Source of the DNA: Candidatus Latescibacterota bacterium
Lineage (GTDB): Bacteria; Latescibacterota; UBA2968; UBA8231
DNA: 64,000 nucleotides
Reading direction: 5' to 3'
Assembly: GCA_965223905.1 (NCBI GenBank)
Contig: CBDCXV010000001.1
Coordinates: 1,312,001-1,376,000, forward strand
Below the pieces are notes generated by a model. That model worked only from the letters and a program-made list of their open reading frames with translations. It was not told the DNA's origin and did no database searches. Both the position numbers and the translations under genes were made by a program. This document shows, in pieces, positions 1 to 9,799 of this stretch (the first letter of the stretch is position 1; each line of letters starts with the position of its first letter).

Positions 1-1
1 T

Positions 2-484
2 CTCGAGGAAGGTCATCCGGGGCTGATTCCGTTCGCTCCGCTGATTAGGCCGCCTGCAGGGCTGGAGGCGGCGGGGTGGTTGAGTCAGTGTATCCACGCA
101 GCCCATGCGCTGCCGATAGATCGGGCCGCCCAAGCCGACCTGCTCTCCGGCCTTTCGATTCTGAGCGGGTTGGTTTACGGGTCCGAAACCATTACTGATC
201 TTATCTCCAGGGAGGGCATCATGGATATCCTGCGCGAATCGTCTTTTGCTCAATACCTCACCCAGCAGGCCAGAGAGGAAGGCAAAGAGGAAGGCATCGA
301 GCAAGGGCTCCGGGAAAGTATCCGCGACGTGCTGGAAATTCGATTCGGTCTCGGCGCGGCGGACACTTTGGCCCCCCTCGTTGCGGCCATCAGTGACGTG
401 CAACACCTCAAACAGTTGCACCGGGCGGCGATCCAGGTGGCCAGCCTGGAGGAATTCCGAGCCCTGGTGGAGGCTGCGGAGTAG
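2..484 (+). CDS. Rpn/YhgA-like (PD-(D/E)xK transposase-like, DUF4351-type C-terminus) protein, 5'-partial
   Basis: Frame is open from position 2 (LEEGHPGLIPFAPLIRPP). The C-terminus MDILRESSFAQYL...EEGKEEGIEQGLRESIRDVLEIRFG...LKQLHRAAIQVASLEEF is typical of this family. Confidence 0.7.
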   Translation, partial: LEEGHPGLIPFAPLIRPPAGLEAAGWLSQCIHAAHALPIDRAAQADLLSGLSILSGLVYGSETITDLISREGIMDILRESSFAQYLTQQAREEGKEEGIEQGLRESIRDVLEIRFGLGAADTLAPLVAAISDVQHLKQLHRAAIQVASLEEFRALVEAAE

Positions 485-585
485 GAGGGTACCCGCCAAC
501 GGAACGGGATCTGTATTTGCGCTCCTGCCGCCTGAAGGCAGGAGGGGCGAAGTCAGGATGCTGCTGCTCGAGCAGCAGTCGCTGG

Positions 586-621
586 AAAGCCGCCGGGGTT
601 TCATGCCCGGCGGCTTTTTTT
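586..621 (+). terminator. Rho-independent terminator
   Basis: AAAGCCGCCGGG-N8-CCCGGCGGCTTT stem followed by a T-run. Confidence 0.8.
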
Positions 622-945
622 GTGGGGCAATGAATCCCGGAAACGCTCCGGGGCAACAAGGTTCTCCGAGTCGCGGACGGAAGATGTGAGGGTGTGGCAA
701 CATGGCGGGTGACTCGCAGGTAGGCGGGGCTGCGGGACAGCGGCTCGAAAGGGCTGGTATTTGCGGGTTCCAGGGTGTCCTTCACCCACCACCACAGGCA
801 GCACGGCCGATTCAGGGGTGATGGTGCGGTCCGCACCAGCGGTGCCTGTCCGGGAAAGGCCGGTACACCCGGAGCACGCGGCCCCGGTCGATGGAGCGTC
901 CGCCCGGGGCGACGGACAATCAGAAGGGAGAAGGCAGGAGGCCGT

Positions 946-1867
946 TCAGTCTGCGAACCAGCGCATTCCGCACCTGAGCTCGCGGTCGTCGAAGGCGAGG
1001 CTGTACGGGTCGCAGCGCCGGAACACGACGGCGCCGTCGGTGCGCACGACGAGCCAGCCGAAGTCCCAGTTGCCGCTCTCGTAGCGCATCGGGATCGCGG
1101 GCCGCACCCGGATCACCGGTTGGGTGCCGGCTATGAACAGGCGCCTGTCGGTGTAGTAGTAGCCGGAGTGGGTTTCGACGAAGAGCTCGTGCCGGAGGCC
1201 GTCGCCGCCGAGGTCGGCGCACAGGCCCTCGATGGCGACCTTGACGGCGCTGCCGCGCGCGAACGCGTCGGCCAGCTCGGCGACCGAGCCCCCGGTGACG
1301 CGGCCGTCGGCGCCGTGGGCGAGCAGCTGCCGCCAGCGGTCGCTGACGTTGAAGCGGAAGCGGTCGAAGTCGTAGACGAAGTTGTAGCTCGGGGCGTTGG
1401 TGTCCGTGTCCCAGCTGTCCCGGGCGTGGTACTTCGACATGGTCCCCGGCGACGGGGGCCCCGAAGGGCCGGGGGCGCCGCGCGGAGATTCGCCGTCGAG
1501 ATGGGGCCGGGCGATCGCCTGGCCGCCGTCCTGGTTGTAGAGGAAGAAGGACATCGACGGGCGCGGACCGAAGCCGTGGGGGAGATCGACTGGCTGCCTC
1601 AGGCTCATGATTCCGGCGACCCAGCGGCCGTCGACGAGGTAGGTGACGCGGAATTCGGCGACCTCCTGGACGAGCTCGTCGTCGTCGGAGGTCACGTCGA
1701 TATGCTCGTTGTGACGGAACTCGGTGTAGATGCGGAGGTCCTCGCCGGCGCCGACTGCGGCGGCCAGGGCCTGCTCGCTGCCTCCGGATAAGTTGCGGGA
1801 GGGGGGTGGTTGCGGCTGTAGCGTCGAGCTCGAGAACGCATCTCCATCTGCCGGTCGGGGTATCCAC
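946..1867 (-). pseudogene. Conserved hypothetical protein frameshifted near its N-terminus by a 19-bp insertion
   Basis: The start segment (V)DTPTGRWRCVLELDA is in one frame and the body SRNLSGGSEQALAAAVGAGEDLRIYTEFRHNEHID is in another. Removing 1802-1820 joins them in frame. Confidence 0.6.
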
Positions 1868-2122
1868 GGGGGTTCCTTTCTTTGCAGGGCTGTAGGAACC
1901 GATTCAGGACCAGCTCGTTGAGGGGGTGGTTGCGGCTGCAGTACCCCCCAGTCGCTTCGGCCGGGGTGAGTTCCTCCGGAATTCCCGCCGGTCCTGTGAG
2001 ACTCGAGATGGAAGGCGAAGACCTTCATCGGGGGCGAAATTACGAGGCTCCCGCGCGTTGCCACCACTCCGGGCCTTGGCGTTCTTTTGCCGCCGAAGTC
2101 CCATCCTACCGAGGACCCACCC

Positions 2123-3073
2123 ATGCTGAAAGCAGGATTCATCGGCGCCGGCGGCCGCGCCCGCAGCGCCCACTACCCCGCCCTCGCCCGCCTCGACGGC
2201 GTCGACATCGTCGCCGTCTGCGAGCTCGACCCGGAACGGATGCAGCTCGTCGTCGACGAGTACGGCTTCGACAGGACCTTCAGCGACCACCGCGAGATGC
2301 TCGCCGCGGTCGACCTCGACGTCGTCTACTGCGTCATGCACGAGAGATGGCTGCTGCGTCCGGCCCTCGACTGCCTCAACGCCGGCAAGCACCTGTTCAT
2401 CGAAAAGCCGCCGGGCGCCAACAGCGCCGAGACCCGGCAGATGCTCGACGCCGCGGTCGCCAACGACGTCTTCTGCATCGTCGGCCTGCAGCGCCGCTAC
2501 GCCGCGGTCAACCGCGAGGCCGTGCGCCGCGTCGCCGCCAAGGGGCCGGTCTCGGTCGCCAGCGTCACCTTCAACAAGCAGATCCTCGGCGGCGACGGCC
2601 GCGAGTTCAGCACCACCCTGTGGGAGGACGTCGTTCACGTCGTCGACCTGCTGCGCCACTTGGCCGGCGGCGAGCCGCTCGAGGTCAAGGCGTACCGCGA
2701 CTGTTTCGGCAGCCGGAGCCGCAACTGCTACACCTCGATGATCCGCTTCGACAGCGGCGCCACCGGGGTCGTGTTCGGCAACCGCGCCTCCGGGGGACGC
2801 GTGCTGCGCTCCGAGCTGCACGGCGTCGGCATCGGCTGCTACATGAAGATCCCCGGGGAGATCGAGATCCTCGAGGACGGCGAGACCACCGTCATGGGCG
2901 GCTGGGAGGTCGACGGCGTTCCCGAAGAGGACGTGCGGGCCTACGAAGGCACCCTCACCATGCACGAGCATTTTTTGGACTGTATCCGGAACGGCAACGC
3001 ACCCCTGACCGATCTGCGCGACGTGATTCACACCATCGAGCTCGTCGACCGGATCGAGGGCCCGCTGCCCTGA
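2123..3073 (+). CDS. Gfo/Idh/MocA family oxidoreductase
   Basis: Rossmann start GFIGAGGRA, HLFIEKPP motif and GAGG RBS. Confidence 0.9.
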   Translation: MLKAGFIGAGGRARSAHYPALARLDGVDIVAVCELDPERMQLVVDEYGFDRTFSDHREMLAAVDLDVVYCVMHERWLLRPALDCLNAGKHLFIEKPPGANSAETRQMLDAAVANDVFCIVGLQRRYAAVNREAVRRVAAKGPVSVASVTFNKQILGGDGREFSTTLWEDVVHVVDLLRHLAGGEPLEVKAYRDCFGSRSRNCYTSMIRFDSGATGVVFGNRASGGRVLRSELHGVGIGCYMKIPGEIEILEDGETTVMGGWEVDGVPEEDVRAYEGTLTMHEHFLDCIRNGNAPLTDLRDVIHTIELVDRIEGPLP

Positions 3074-3095
3074 CAAAGCTCGAGGAGACCACAGC

Positions 3096-4361
3096 ATGCC
3101 GGAACTGACCGGGCGCAAGCTCGACCTCTACCTGCAGCAGGGCTACCTGCTGATCGAAGACGTCTTCGACCCCTCCCTGTTCGACAACCTGAAAGGCGAG
3201 ATAGACGGGATGGTCTCCGCGGCCGCGGAACGCGCCCATGCGGAGGGGCGGCTCGACGACCTGTTCGAGAGCGAGCCGTTCTCACGCCGTCTCGCCCGCG
3301 TCGCCGAGGCCCTCGGCCATCCCGCGGAGATGCTGCGGCCGTTCCACGGCAAGCTGCGCACCCCGGGCATGTTCGAGATCGTCACCGCCCCGGCCATCCT
3401 CGACATCGTCGAGTCGGTCATCGGCCCGGAGATCCTCGCCCACCCTCAGTTCAACCTGCGCGCCAAGCTGCCCGACCAGGACGAGGGGGTCGTGCCCTGG
3501 CACCAGGACCTCGGCTACCTGCAGCCCGACGCCTCGGACACCTTCATGGTGAACTTCTGGATTCCGATGGTCGACGCGACCCGCGAGAACGGCTGCATGG
3601 AGGTAATCGCCGGCAGCCACAAGGCGCCCCTGATCCCGCACGAGCACGGCATGGGGCCGGCCGCCAACTTCAAGGGCATCCCGGACGAGCACCTGCCCCC
3701 CGGAGAGCAGGTCACGTGCGAGATCGCCGTGGGCGGCGTGCTGCTGATCATGCACAAGACCCTGCACCGCTCCATTCCCAACCGCTCCGACCACATCCGC
3801 TGGAGCCTCGATCTGCGCTACAACGACCCGGCCATGCCGACAGGACGCGACGGCGTCCCCGGCTTCATCGCCCGCAGCGCCGCCGACCCGGGCGCGGTCT
3901 GCACCGGGGTGGAGGAGTGGGACGAGATCATGGCCCCCGCCCGGTCAGCGGCTGATCCTTTTCGATTTGTACGGCGCCTGACACTGTCGTTAACGGCCGC
4001 GGTCGAGGGCGGACGGGGCCGGAAGCGCCGATTCGAGACATGGGTCCGGCAATCCTTCCGGTATCGCTGCCTTCACGGGCGCGGTCGATGGCAGTTCCAG
4101 CCGGCCCGGAAGCGGCAATCCGCACACGGGTCCGGCAATCCCTCCGGCCCCGCTGTCGATCACGGCGACGGTCGATGGCGGTTCCAGCGGGCCGGAAGCG
4201 CGATTCCATACGGGTTCGCAATGCCCTCTGCGCCGCTGCTGTTGGGGGGGCGTAAGGTTGCGGTGCCAACCGCTCAGCCGGCGCCCTGCCGAACCACCCA
4301 CCTGTACCGCTGTCCGGGTTCGTCGCTTCGTATGGGGGGTCGTTGCCTCGTGTGTAGTTGA
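3096..4361 (+). CDS. Phytanoyl-CoA dioxygenase (PhyH) family Fe/2OG dioxygenase; residues after ~3950 are a read-through into repeat DNA
   Basis: PWHQD, NFWIPMVDATRENGCMEVIAGSH and HRSIPNRSDHIRWSLDLRY motifs. Confidence 0.85.
   Translation: MPELTGRKLDLYLQQGYLLIEDVFDPSLFDNLKGEIDGMVSAAAERAHAEGRLDDLFESEPFSRRLARVAEALGHPAEMLRPFHGKLRTPGMFEIVTAPAILDIVESVIGPEILAHPQFNLRAKLPDQDEGVVPWHQDLGYLQPDASDTFMVNFWIPMVDATRENGCMEVIAGSHKAPLIPHEHGMGPAANFKGIPDEHLPPGEQVTCEIAVGGVLLIMHKTLHRSIPNRSDHIRWSLDLRYNDPAMPTGRDGVPGFIARSAADPGAVCTGVEEWDEIMAPARSAADPFRFVRRLTLSLTAAVEGGRGRKRRFETWVRQSFRYRCLHGRGRWQFQPARKRQSAHGSGNPSGPAVDHGDGRWRFQRAGSAIPYGFAMPSAPLLLGGRKVAVPTAQPAPCRTTHLYRCPGSSLRMGGRCLVCS
3999..4290. repeat. Degenerate tandem repeat, ~82-88 bp unit, 3 copies plus a partial fourth
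   Basis: CGGTCGA(T/G)GGC...GCCGGAAGCG...GGGT(C/T)C..CAAT recurs at ~4000, ~4082 and ~4169. Confidence 0.65.
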
Positions 4362-4470
4362 TCGCCCAATGGTGGCCATGGGCAGCCGGTCGATTCCACA
4401 GAAGGCACCATGCCGCCCGTGCCGAGCCGCCGGTTGCGCTGCGAGGCGGTCGGCGCACCCGGTCTCCGCC

Positions 4471-5619
4471 TCAAAACTTGATGCCCACCAGTTCCACTTT
4501 CACCTCAAGGACCGGCGCGACCATCCCGTCCCTGCGAACGGCCCCCGGGGAAGGAACCACCCCCGGCATGGGCAGGCCCGGCGCCGTCACGTACGCTCCC
4601 AAGCCCGGAGAACGGCCGGCGTCCCTCGAGGCGAAGAACTCCTGCGAAGCCTCGTAGTCCCGGGTGAACCAGGTCCCCGCCCCGAGCCCCAGGATCCCCC
4701 CTGCCAGCATCATGGCGTAGGTCGGACGGTCCCGGTGGTGGAGATCCGCCAGGACCGCGGTTCCCAGGCCGTAGAGGGAGCCGACGATCCCACCGAGATT
4801 GACCAGCCGCGCCCGTCCTCCGCTCATCCCCAGACGGGGAGCGAGAACTCCCATTTTCAACAGACCCAGGTTTCCTCCGGTCATGGCGCTGGCGAGAAGC
4901 GCGTCGCTGTCCGTCACCTCCAGGCTTTTTGCGGCGCACAGCGCGAACCAGGCGCCCCATATACCCCCGAAGTTGATCAAGGTCGCCTCGCCGGCGGTCA
5001 CGTAGGTCCGGCGCACGATGGAAGAGGCGGCCGCCAGCCCCAGGGCGCCCCCGCCCATGCTTGCCCCGACCACGGTTTTGTAGCCGCTGCCGGCCAGGAC
5101 CGCCGCTCCGATTCCCTGCCAGGTGCCCCAGGCTCCGCCGAGGGCGAGCAGGGAAGCCTGCCCGTTGCCTAGCGGTGCTCCCCGGGTCTGGACGAGAGTG
5201 GTTTTCATGCCGACCACGGGCCCGGCGATCATCCCCAGATAGACCAGTTCCTCGGACTCCGCCAGGATGCCGGTGCCGAGGCCGACCCAGGTCGCGTACA
5301 GGGTTCCGAAGACGGTCAGCCCCACTCTTGCAGGAGGGCTGATGGCGATCTCGACGCCCTTCATGCGGCGGATCTCCGCCTTTCTGTGGCGGGCGAGGCG
5401 GGAGTACATGCTCTCCTCGTAGTTGGCGGCGATCCAGTCGAAACGCCGCAGGGCTTCGTCGTACTCCCCCCGGCCCATCAGTTCGGTCGTGGCCTCGTAC
5501 ATGATCCTCGCTTCCAGGCCCTCGATCCGCCCTGCTTCCTCCCGGGCACCGAGCTGACAGGGCAGCCAGCAGACCGCCCACAGACCCGGGATCACCCACC
5601 TGATCCATATCGAGAGCAT
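4471..5619 (-). CDS. Exported glycine-rich hydrophobic protein with an N-terminal TPR/BamD-like helix pair
   Basis: Signal peptide, YEATTELMGRGEYDEALRRF helix pair, Gly-rich helices and terminal Phe. Paralog of the next gene. Confidence 0.7.
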   Translation of the reverse strand: MLSIWIRWVIPGLWAVCWLPCQLGAREEAGRIEGLEARIMYEATTELMGRGEYDEALRRFDWIAANYEESMYSRLARHRKAEIRRMKGVEIAISPPARVGLTVFGTLYATWVGLGTGILAESEELVYLGMIAGPVVGMKTTLVQTRGAPLGNGQASLLALGGAWGTWQGIGAAVLAGSGYKTVVGASMGGGALGLAAASSIVRRTYVTAGEATLINFGGIWGAWFALCAAKSLEVTDSDALLASAMTGGNLGLLKMGVLAPRLGMSGGRARLVNLGGIVGSLYGLGTAVLADLHHRDRPTYAMMLAGGILGLGAGTWFTRDYEASQEFFASRDAGRSPGLGAYVTAPGLPMPGVVPSPGAVRRDGMVAPVLEVKVELVGIKF

Positions 5620-5626
5620 GGCTCTG

Positions 5627-6847
5627 CTAAAACCTGACTTTCAACAGGACGGCGCGGATGGATGCCGAGGGATGCGACGGGCGTTCTCCGGTCAACCTGC
5701 CGGCAGCGGCGGGGACGGATATCCCGGGGGCAGGGGCCGACCAGCTCCATTCTACTTGAGCACTGCCCCGGGCGGAAGCTCCGGATGCGAGGTCGTGCTG
5801 CCTGATCGCGAAACCCGACCAGAGCCCGGCGATGCCTCCCGCCGTTACGATGCCCATGGGCACCGTGGCATTTTCGAAGCTGCCTTGCAGGGCGAGGAGG
5901 CCGACAATGCCGCTGGCCACGAAAGTGCCCGCCACTCCCCCCAGGTTGACCATGCGGGCCTGCTCCCGGCTCAGCTCAATCCGGGGGACCAGCATCGCCA
6001 TGGCGGCAAGGCCCAGGTTCCCCCCAGTCAGGGAACTCTTCAGGACCCCGTCGTCATCCGCTTCGGCCATGACCGAGAGACAGAATCCGAACCACGTTCC
6101 CCAGAGTCCCGCGTAGTCGAGAAGACTGGCGTCCCCCGTGCTGACGTCGGCAACGCGGGTGAGCGCCGCACTGCCGGCGATGCCGGCCAGTCCCCCCGCC
6201 ATCGAAAACGCGGTCAGTCGCCGGTCGGAGGGTTCGTCTCCGGAGGCGACGGTCCATCCGAACCCCTGCCAGGTTCCCCAGAGACCGCCGAGCCGGACGA
6301 GGGCTGCCTGCCCCGGACTCAGGGCCGCATCCCGGGTCAGGAGATGGGTGGTGAGCAGGCCGGCGGGGGCGCCGCTCATCATGCCCGCGGCCAGGGCCTG
6401 GTCCGAGTCCGCCCCCGCGACGATGGCCGTTCCCACCCCCAGCCAGGTTGAGTAGAGCGTGCCGTACACGAGTGCGCCGGTGCGGCCTGCCTGGTCGCCG
6501 GGTCCGCGGTCGCCCTGATGCAGACCCAGCTCGTCGAGGCGTCTTTTCCGTTCGGCAGCGAGGGCGGCGGGCAGGGTTCCGGGATACCTGTCGGTTATTT
6601 CGCCCAGGTAGTCGTAAGCCGTGCCGTACTGGCCATCGGCGAGCGCCGTGAATGCGCTCTCGTACAGCTTTTCGACCTCTGTTTCAGCCGCGGCTTTTTC
6701 CCCGGCCTGAAGCGCGTGGACCGGGACCAGGAGCAGGAGGGCGGCAACCGTGGCATGCGGTATGGGTAAACGGGCTCGGATTGTCGGCAGGAAGGGCATC
6801 TTCTGAAGCAGCCGGAGTGGGGTTCTTATCACGGGAGCGGATTTCAC
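5627..6847 (-). CDS. Paralogous glycine-rich hydrophobic protein with a TPR-like N-terminus (true start may be downstream)
   Basis: Shares GTLYxTWxGxGT, GQAxLxxLGGxWGTWQG and GGNLGL motifs with 4471..5619. Ends VLLKVRF. Confidence 0.7.
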   Translation of the reverse strand: MKSAPVIRTPLRLLQKMPFLPTIRARLPIPHATVAALLLLVPVHALQAGEKAAAETEVEKLYESAFTALADGQYGTAYDYLGEITDRYPGTLPAALAAERKRRLDELGLHQGDRGPGDQAGRTGALVYGTLYSTWLGVGTAIVAGADSDQALAAGMMSGAPAGLLTTHLLTRDAALSPGQAALVRLGGLWGTWQGFGWTVASGDEPSDRRLTAFSMAGGLAGIAGSAALTRVADVSTGDASLLDYAGLWGTWFGFCLSVMAEADDDGVLKSSLTGGNLGLAAMAMLVPRIELSREQARMVNLGGVAGTFVASGIVGLLALQGSFENATVPMGIVTAGGIAGLWSGFAIRQHDLASGASARGSAQVEWSWSAPAPGISVPAAAGRLTGERPSHPSASIRAVLLKVRF

Positions 6848-6990
6848 CTGAGTATCTTACGGTTGACCGGGCCTTGGACAAACACCCCGGATCGAGCAGA
6901 CCGGATGACCAGACGCAAGTCGCCGTCACCAGAGCGGCCGGGTACTCCGATCACTTCCTCTGCGATTTTTTTGGGATACAACTCCACATT

Positions 6991-7018
6991 TGTATTGATA
7001 ATTCTGTATTGATAATTC
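6991..7018. repeat. Perfect 14-bp tandem repeat in a divergent intergenic region
   Basis: TGTATTGATAATTC x2. Confidence 0.85.
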
Positions 7019-7158
7019 GGGAGTTGGGGTCACATTTCCCGTGGTGGCGCCAGTGTACGGGAATAGCAGGAGAACGGCGCCCGGGCAGGAATGTAACCGC
7101 GTGCCCCGGCCTTCCCCGGCCGTTGCCCGCCCCCATGTACCCTCGTTACTATTCGTCC

Positions 7159-7989
7159 ATGCTGCTGACTGATGCCCACCCCCAGATGGAACGCGACCTG
7201 CGCTTCTACCCCGCTGAAAACAGGCACCCGAAAACCCTCACCCGCGCCCAGGTCGACCAGTTCAACCGGAAGGGGTTCGTCTTTCCCCTCGACGTCTTCG
7301 ACGAGTCCGAAGCCGGGGCGAACCGCGCCTGGTTCGACGACCTGATGCAGCGGGCCGCGGCCGCGGGCCACAACAGCTATTCGATCAACGGCTGGGACAG
7401 GTACTGTTCGGCCATCTACGATCTCGCGGTCGAGCCCCGCATCCTCGATTTCGTCGAGGACCTGCTCGGCCCGGATCTCATCTGCACAATGACCCATTTC
7501 TTCTGCAAGGAACCGGGGGAGAAAAAGCAGGTCGCCTGGCACCAGGACGCCTCCTACTGGGCGATCACTCCCAGCCAGATCGTGACCGTGTGGCTGGCGA
7601 TCGACGACGTCGGCATGGACAACGGGCCGATGACGGTGATCCCCGGCTCCCACCTGCACGGCCAGATTCCCTATCAGAAAATTGGCGACATGTCGGCCAA
7701 CGTGCTCAGCCAGTCGGTGCCGAACCCCCTCGACTGGGGGGACGAGCCGGTTCCTTTCGTCATGAAGGCGGGCCAGGTGTCGCTGCACAGCGACCTGCTG
7801 CTGCACGGCTCGGTGCCGAACAACTCGGCCCGCAGGCGCTGCGGACTGACCCTGCGCTACAACCCGCCCGACGTGCGCCTGGAGCAGACCAGGGAAGCGT
7901 CCGCCATCGTCGCCCGCGGCCGCGACCTGTCCGGATACTGGCAGCACCGGAAGCGCCCCGACGGGAACGGGATTCCCGATCCCAGGTAG
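7159..7989 (+). CDS. PhyH family Fe/2OG dioxygenase
   Basis: VAWHQDASYW, VTVWLAIDD, VIPGSH and LLHGSVPNNSARRRCGLTLRY motifs. Confidence 0.9.
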   Translation: MLLTDAHPQMERDLRFYPAENRHPKTLTRAQVDQFNRKGFVFPLDVFDESEAGANRAWFDDLMQRAAAAGHNSYSINGWDRYCSAIYDLAVEPRILDFVEDLLGPDLICTMTHFFCKEPGEKKQVAWHQDASYWAITPSQIVTVWLAIDDVGMDNGPMTVIPGSHLHGQIPYQKIGDMSANVLSQSVPNPLDWGDEPVPFVMKAGQVSLHSDLLLHGSVPNNSARRRCGLTLRYNPPDVRLEQTREASAIVARGRDLSGYWQHRKRPDGNGIPDPR

Positions 7990-8232
7990 CGGCCCCGCCC
8001 GTTACCCCGCCTCGAGGTCCGGGCTCCCGCCCCGCAGCATCGACTGCCGTGGCAAGGCGGAAACCCTTCACATTCAGCCTCTTCCCGCCTTTACCGGCAG
8101 CTGTCGATGGCAGAGATTTTTCCTTCTGCATTAGAGTTCGATATCAGCCGTTTCACCACTTCCGTAAGCCAGAGGTATGTCTCATGAATCTGAATTGCAA
8201 ACGGTGTTCCGGGGCCAGGTACGGCTGCTCCC

Positions 8233-9780
8233 ATGACCGGGGATTCGCGGCGCGAACCATCCGGCCGGCGGCCTTTTTTCTCGGCGCCTTCTGGCGGTAT
8301 GGACGGCTCCCGGGGCCGCGCAGGAGAACGCCGAGTCGTGCGCAAACGGAGTTGTTGTCCCTGAACCGGAGAACAACCCCGACCTGGTGGCGGACTGCGA
8401 GGTGTTGCTGGCCCTGCGAGACCGCTATGCCGAGGACGCCGACCTGGAGTGGAGCGCGGACACCCCGATCACCGAGTGGGAAGACATTGTGGTCGAGGAT
8501 TTCGTCCTGACCGAGCTGGCTCAGCTCCCCCGGCTGAAGGTGCTGTTCCTCAAGAACAACGAGCTGACCGGGACGTTTCCGACCGAGCTGCTCGCCATGA
8601 CGAACCTCACGGACCTGAGCCTCAGCCAGAACGAGCTGACCGGCACGATCCCGCCGGAGCTGAGCCAGCTGACGAACCTCGAGGGGCTGGGTATCAGCAA
8701 CAACGAGCTGACCGGGTTGGCGAACCTCGAGTGGCTCGGCCTCCACAGGAACCAGCTGTCCGGCACGATTCCGCCGGGGCTGGGCGAGGTGACGACGCTG
8801 GAGGGGCTGGACCTCGACAACAACGAGCTTACCGGCGGGATTCCCCCCGAGCTGGGCAATCTCGAAAACCTGACGGCGCTGTTGCTCCACACCAACGAGT
8901 TGACGGGCGATATCCGGCCGAGCTCGGGCAGCTGGAAAACCTGCAGTTCCTGTGGCTGAACGACAACGACCTGTCCGGCTCCATTCCCACCGAGCTCGGC
9001 CAGTGACGAGCCTCGAACTGCTGGGCATTCACAAGAACGATTTGAGCGGACCCATTCCACCCGAGCTGGGGAAACTGGAGAACCTGGAATGGCTGGACCT
9101 CGACACCAACGAGCTGTCAGGACCTGTCCCGGCGGAGCTGGGCCGACTGGAAAACCTGGAGGGGATGATACTGCACACCAACGAGTTGTCCGGATCGATT
9201 CCGCCGGAGCTGGGACAGCTGGCCAAGCTGGAAGACCTGCGACTGCACGAAAACATGCTGAGCGGCCCGATACCGATCGAGCTGGCCCAGCTATCCAGGC
9301 TGAAGGTGCTGTGGCTCAACGACAACGAGCTGACGGGGGAGATCCCTTCCGACCTGGCCCAGCTGACCAGGCTGGAAGACCTGCGCTTCGGCGGTAACCA
9401 GTTCAGCGGGTGCGTGCCGGAGGAGCTGAAGGAATGGGCCGAGGAGATGCCGGTCTGCGGCGAGGACACCGCGGTGATAACCGAGCTGGGCGGCTTGCCC
9501 GCGGCCAGCGGCCTCGATCCCAATTACCCCAACCCCTTCAACGGCGTCACCCGGATCACCTACCGCCTCGCCGACCCCGGGCCGGTGCGGCTCGACGTCT
9601 ACAACGTGCTGGGCCAGCCGGTGCATACCCTGGTGAGCGAGGTCCAGGCCGCGGGGGTGTACCAGGTCTCCTGGGACGCCCGCGACCAGCGGGGCGCGGA
9701 GGCAGGGACGGGAGTCTACCTCGCCCGCCTGCAGTACCCCCGGCGGGGTGCAGACGAGGCAGTTGCTCTACCTCCGGTAG
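8233..9780 (+). pseudogene. Plant-type leucine-rich-repeat exported protein with a C-terminal FlgD-Ig domain; about 4 frameshifts
   Basis: Cap CANGVVVPEPENNPDLVADCEVLLALRD, LxxNxLxGxIPxELG repeats and NYPNPFN...VYNVLGQ...WDARD. Frame changes near 8285, 8914, 9003 and 9740; the restored end is YPGGVQTRQLLYLR* at 9780. Confidence 0.85.
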
Positions 9781-9799
9781 CCGCCGGAGGCGCGCGGCA

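Noticed and set aside
3999-4290. Possible CRISPR array
   Set aside because: Units are degenerate along their whole length, with no identical repeats or unique spacers, and no cas genes are present in the window.
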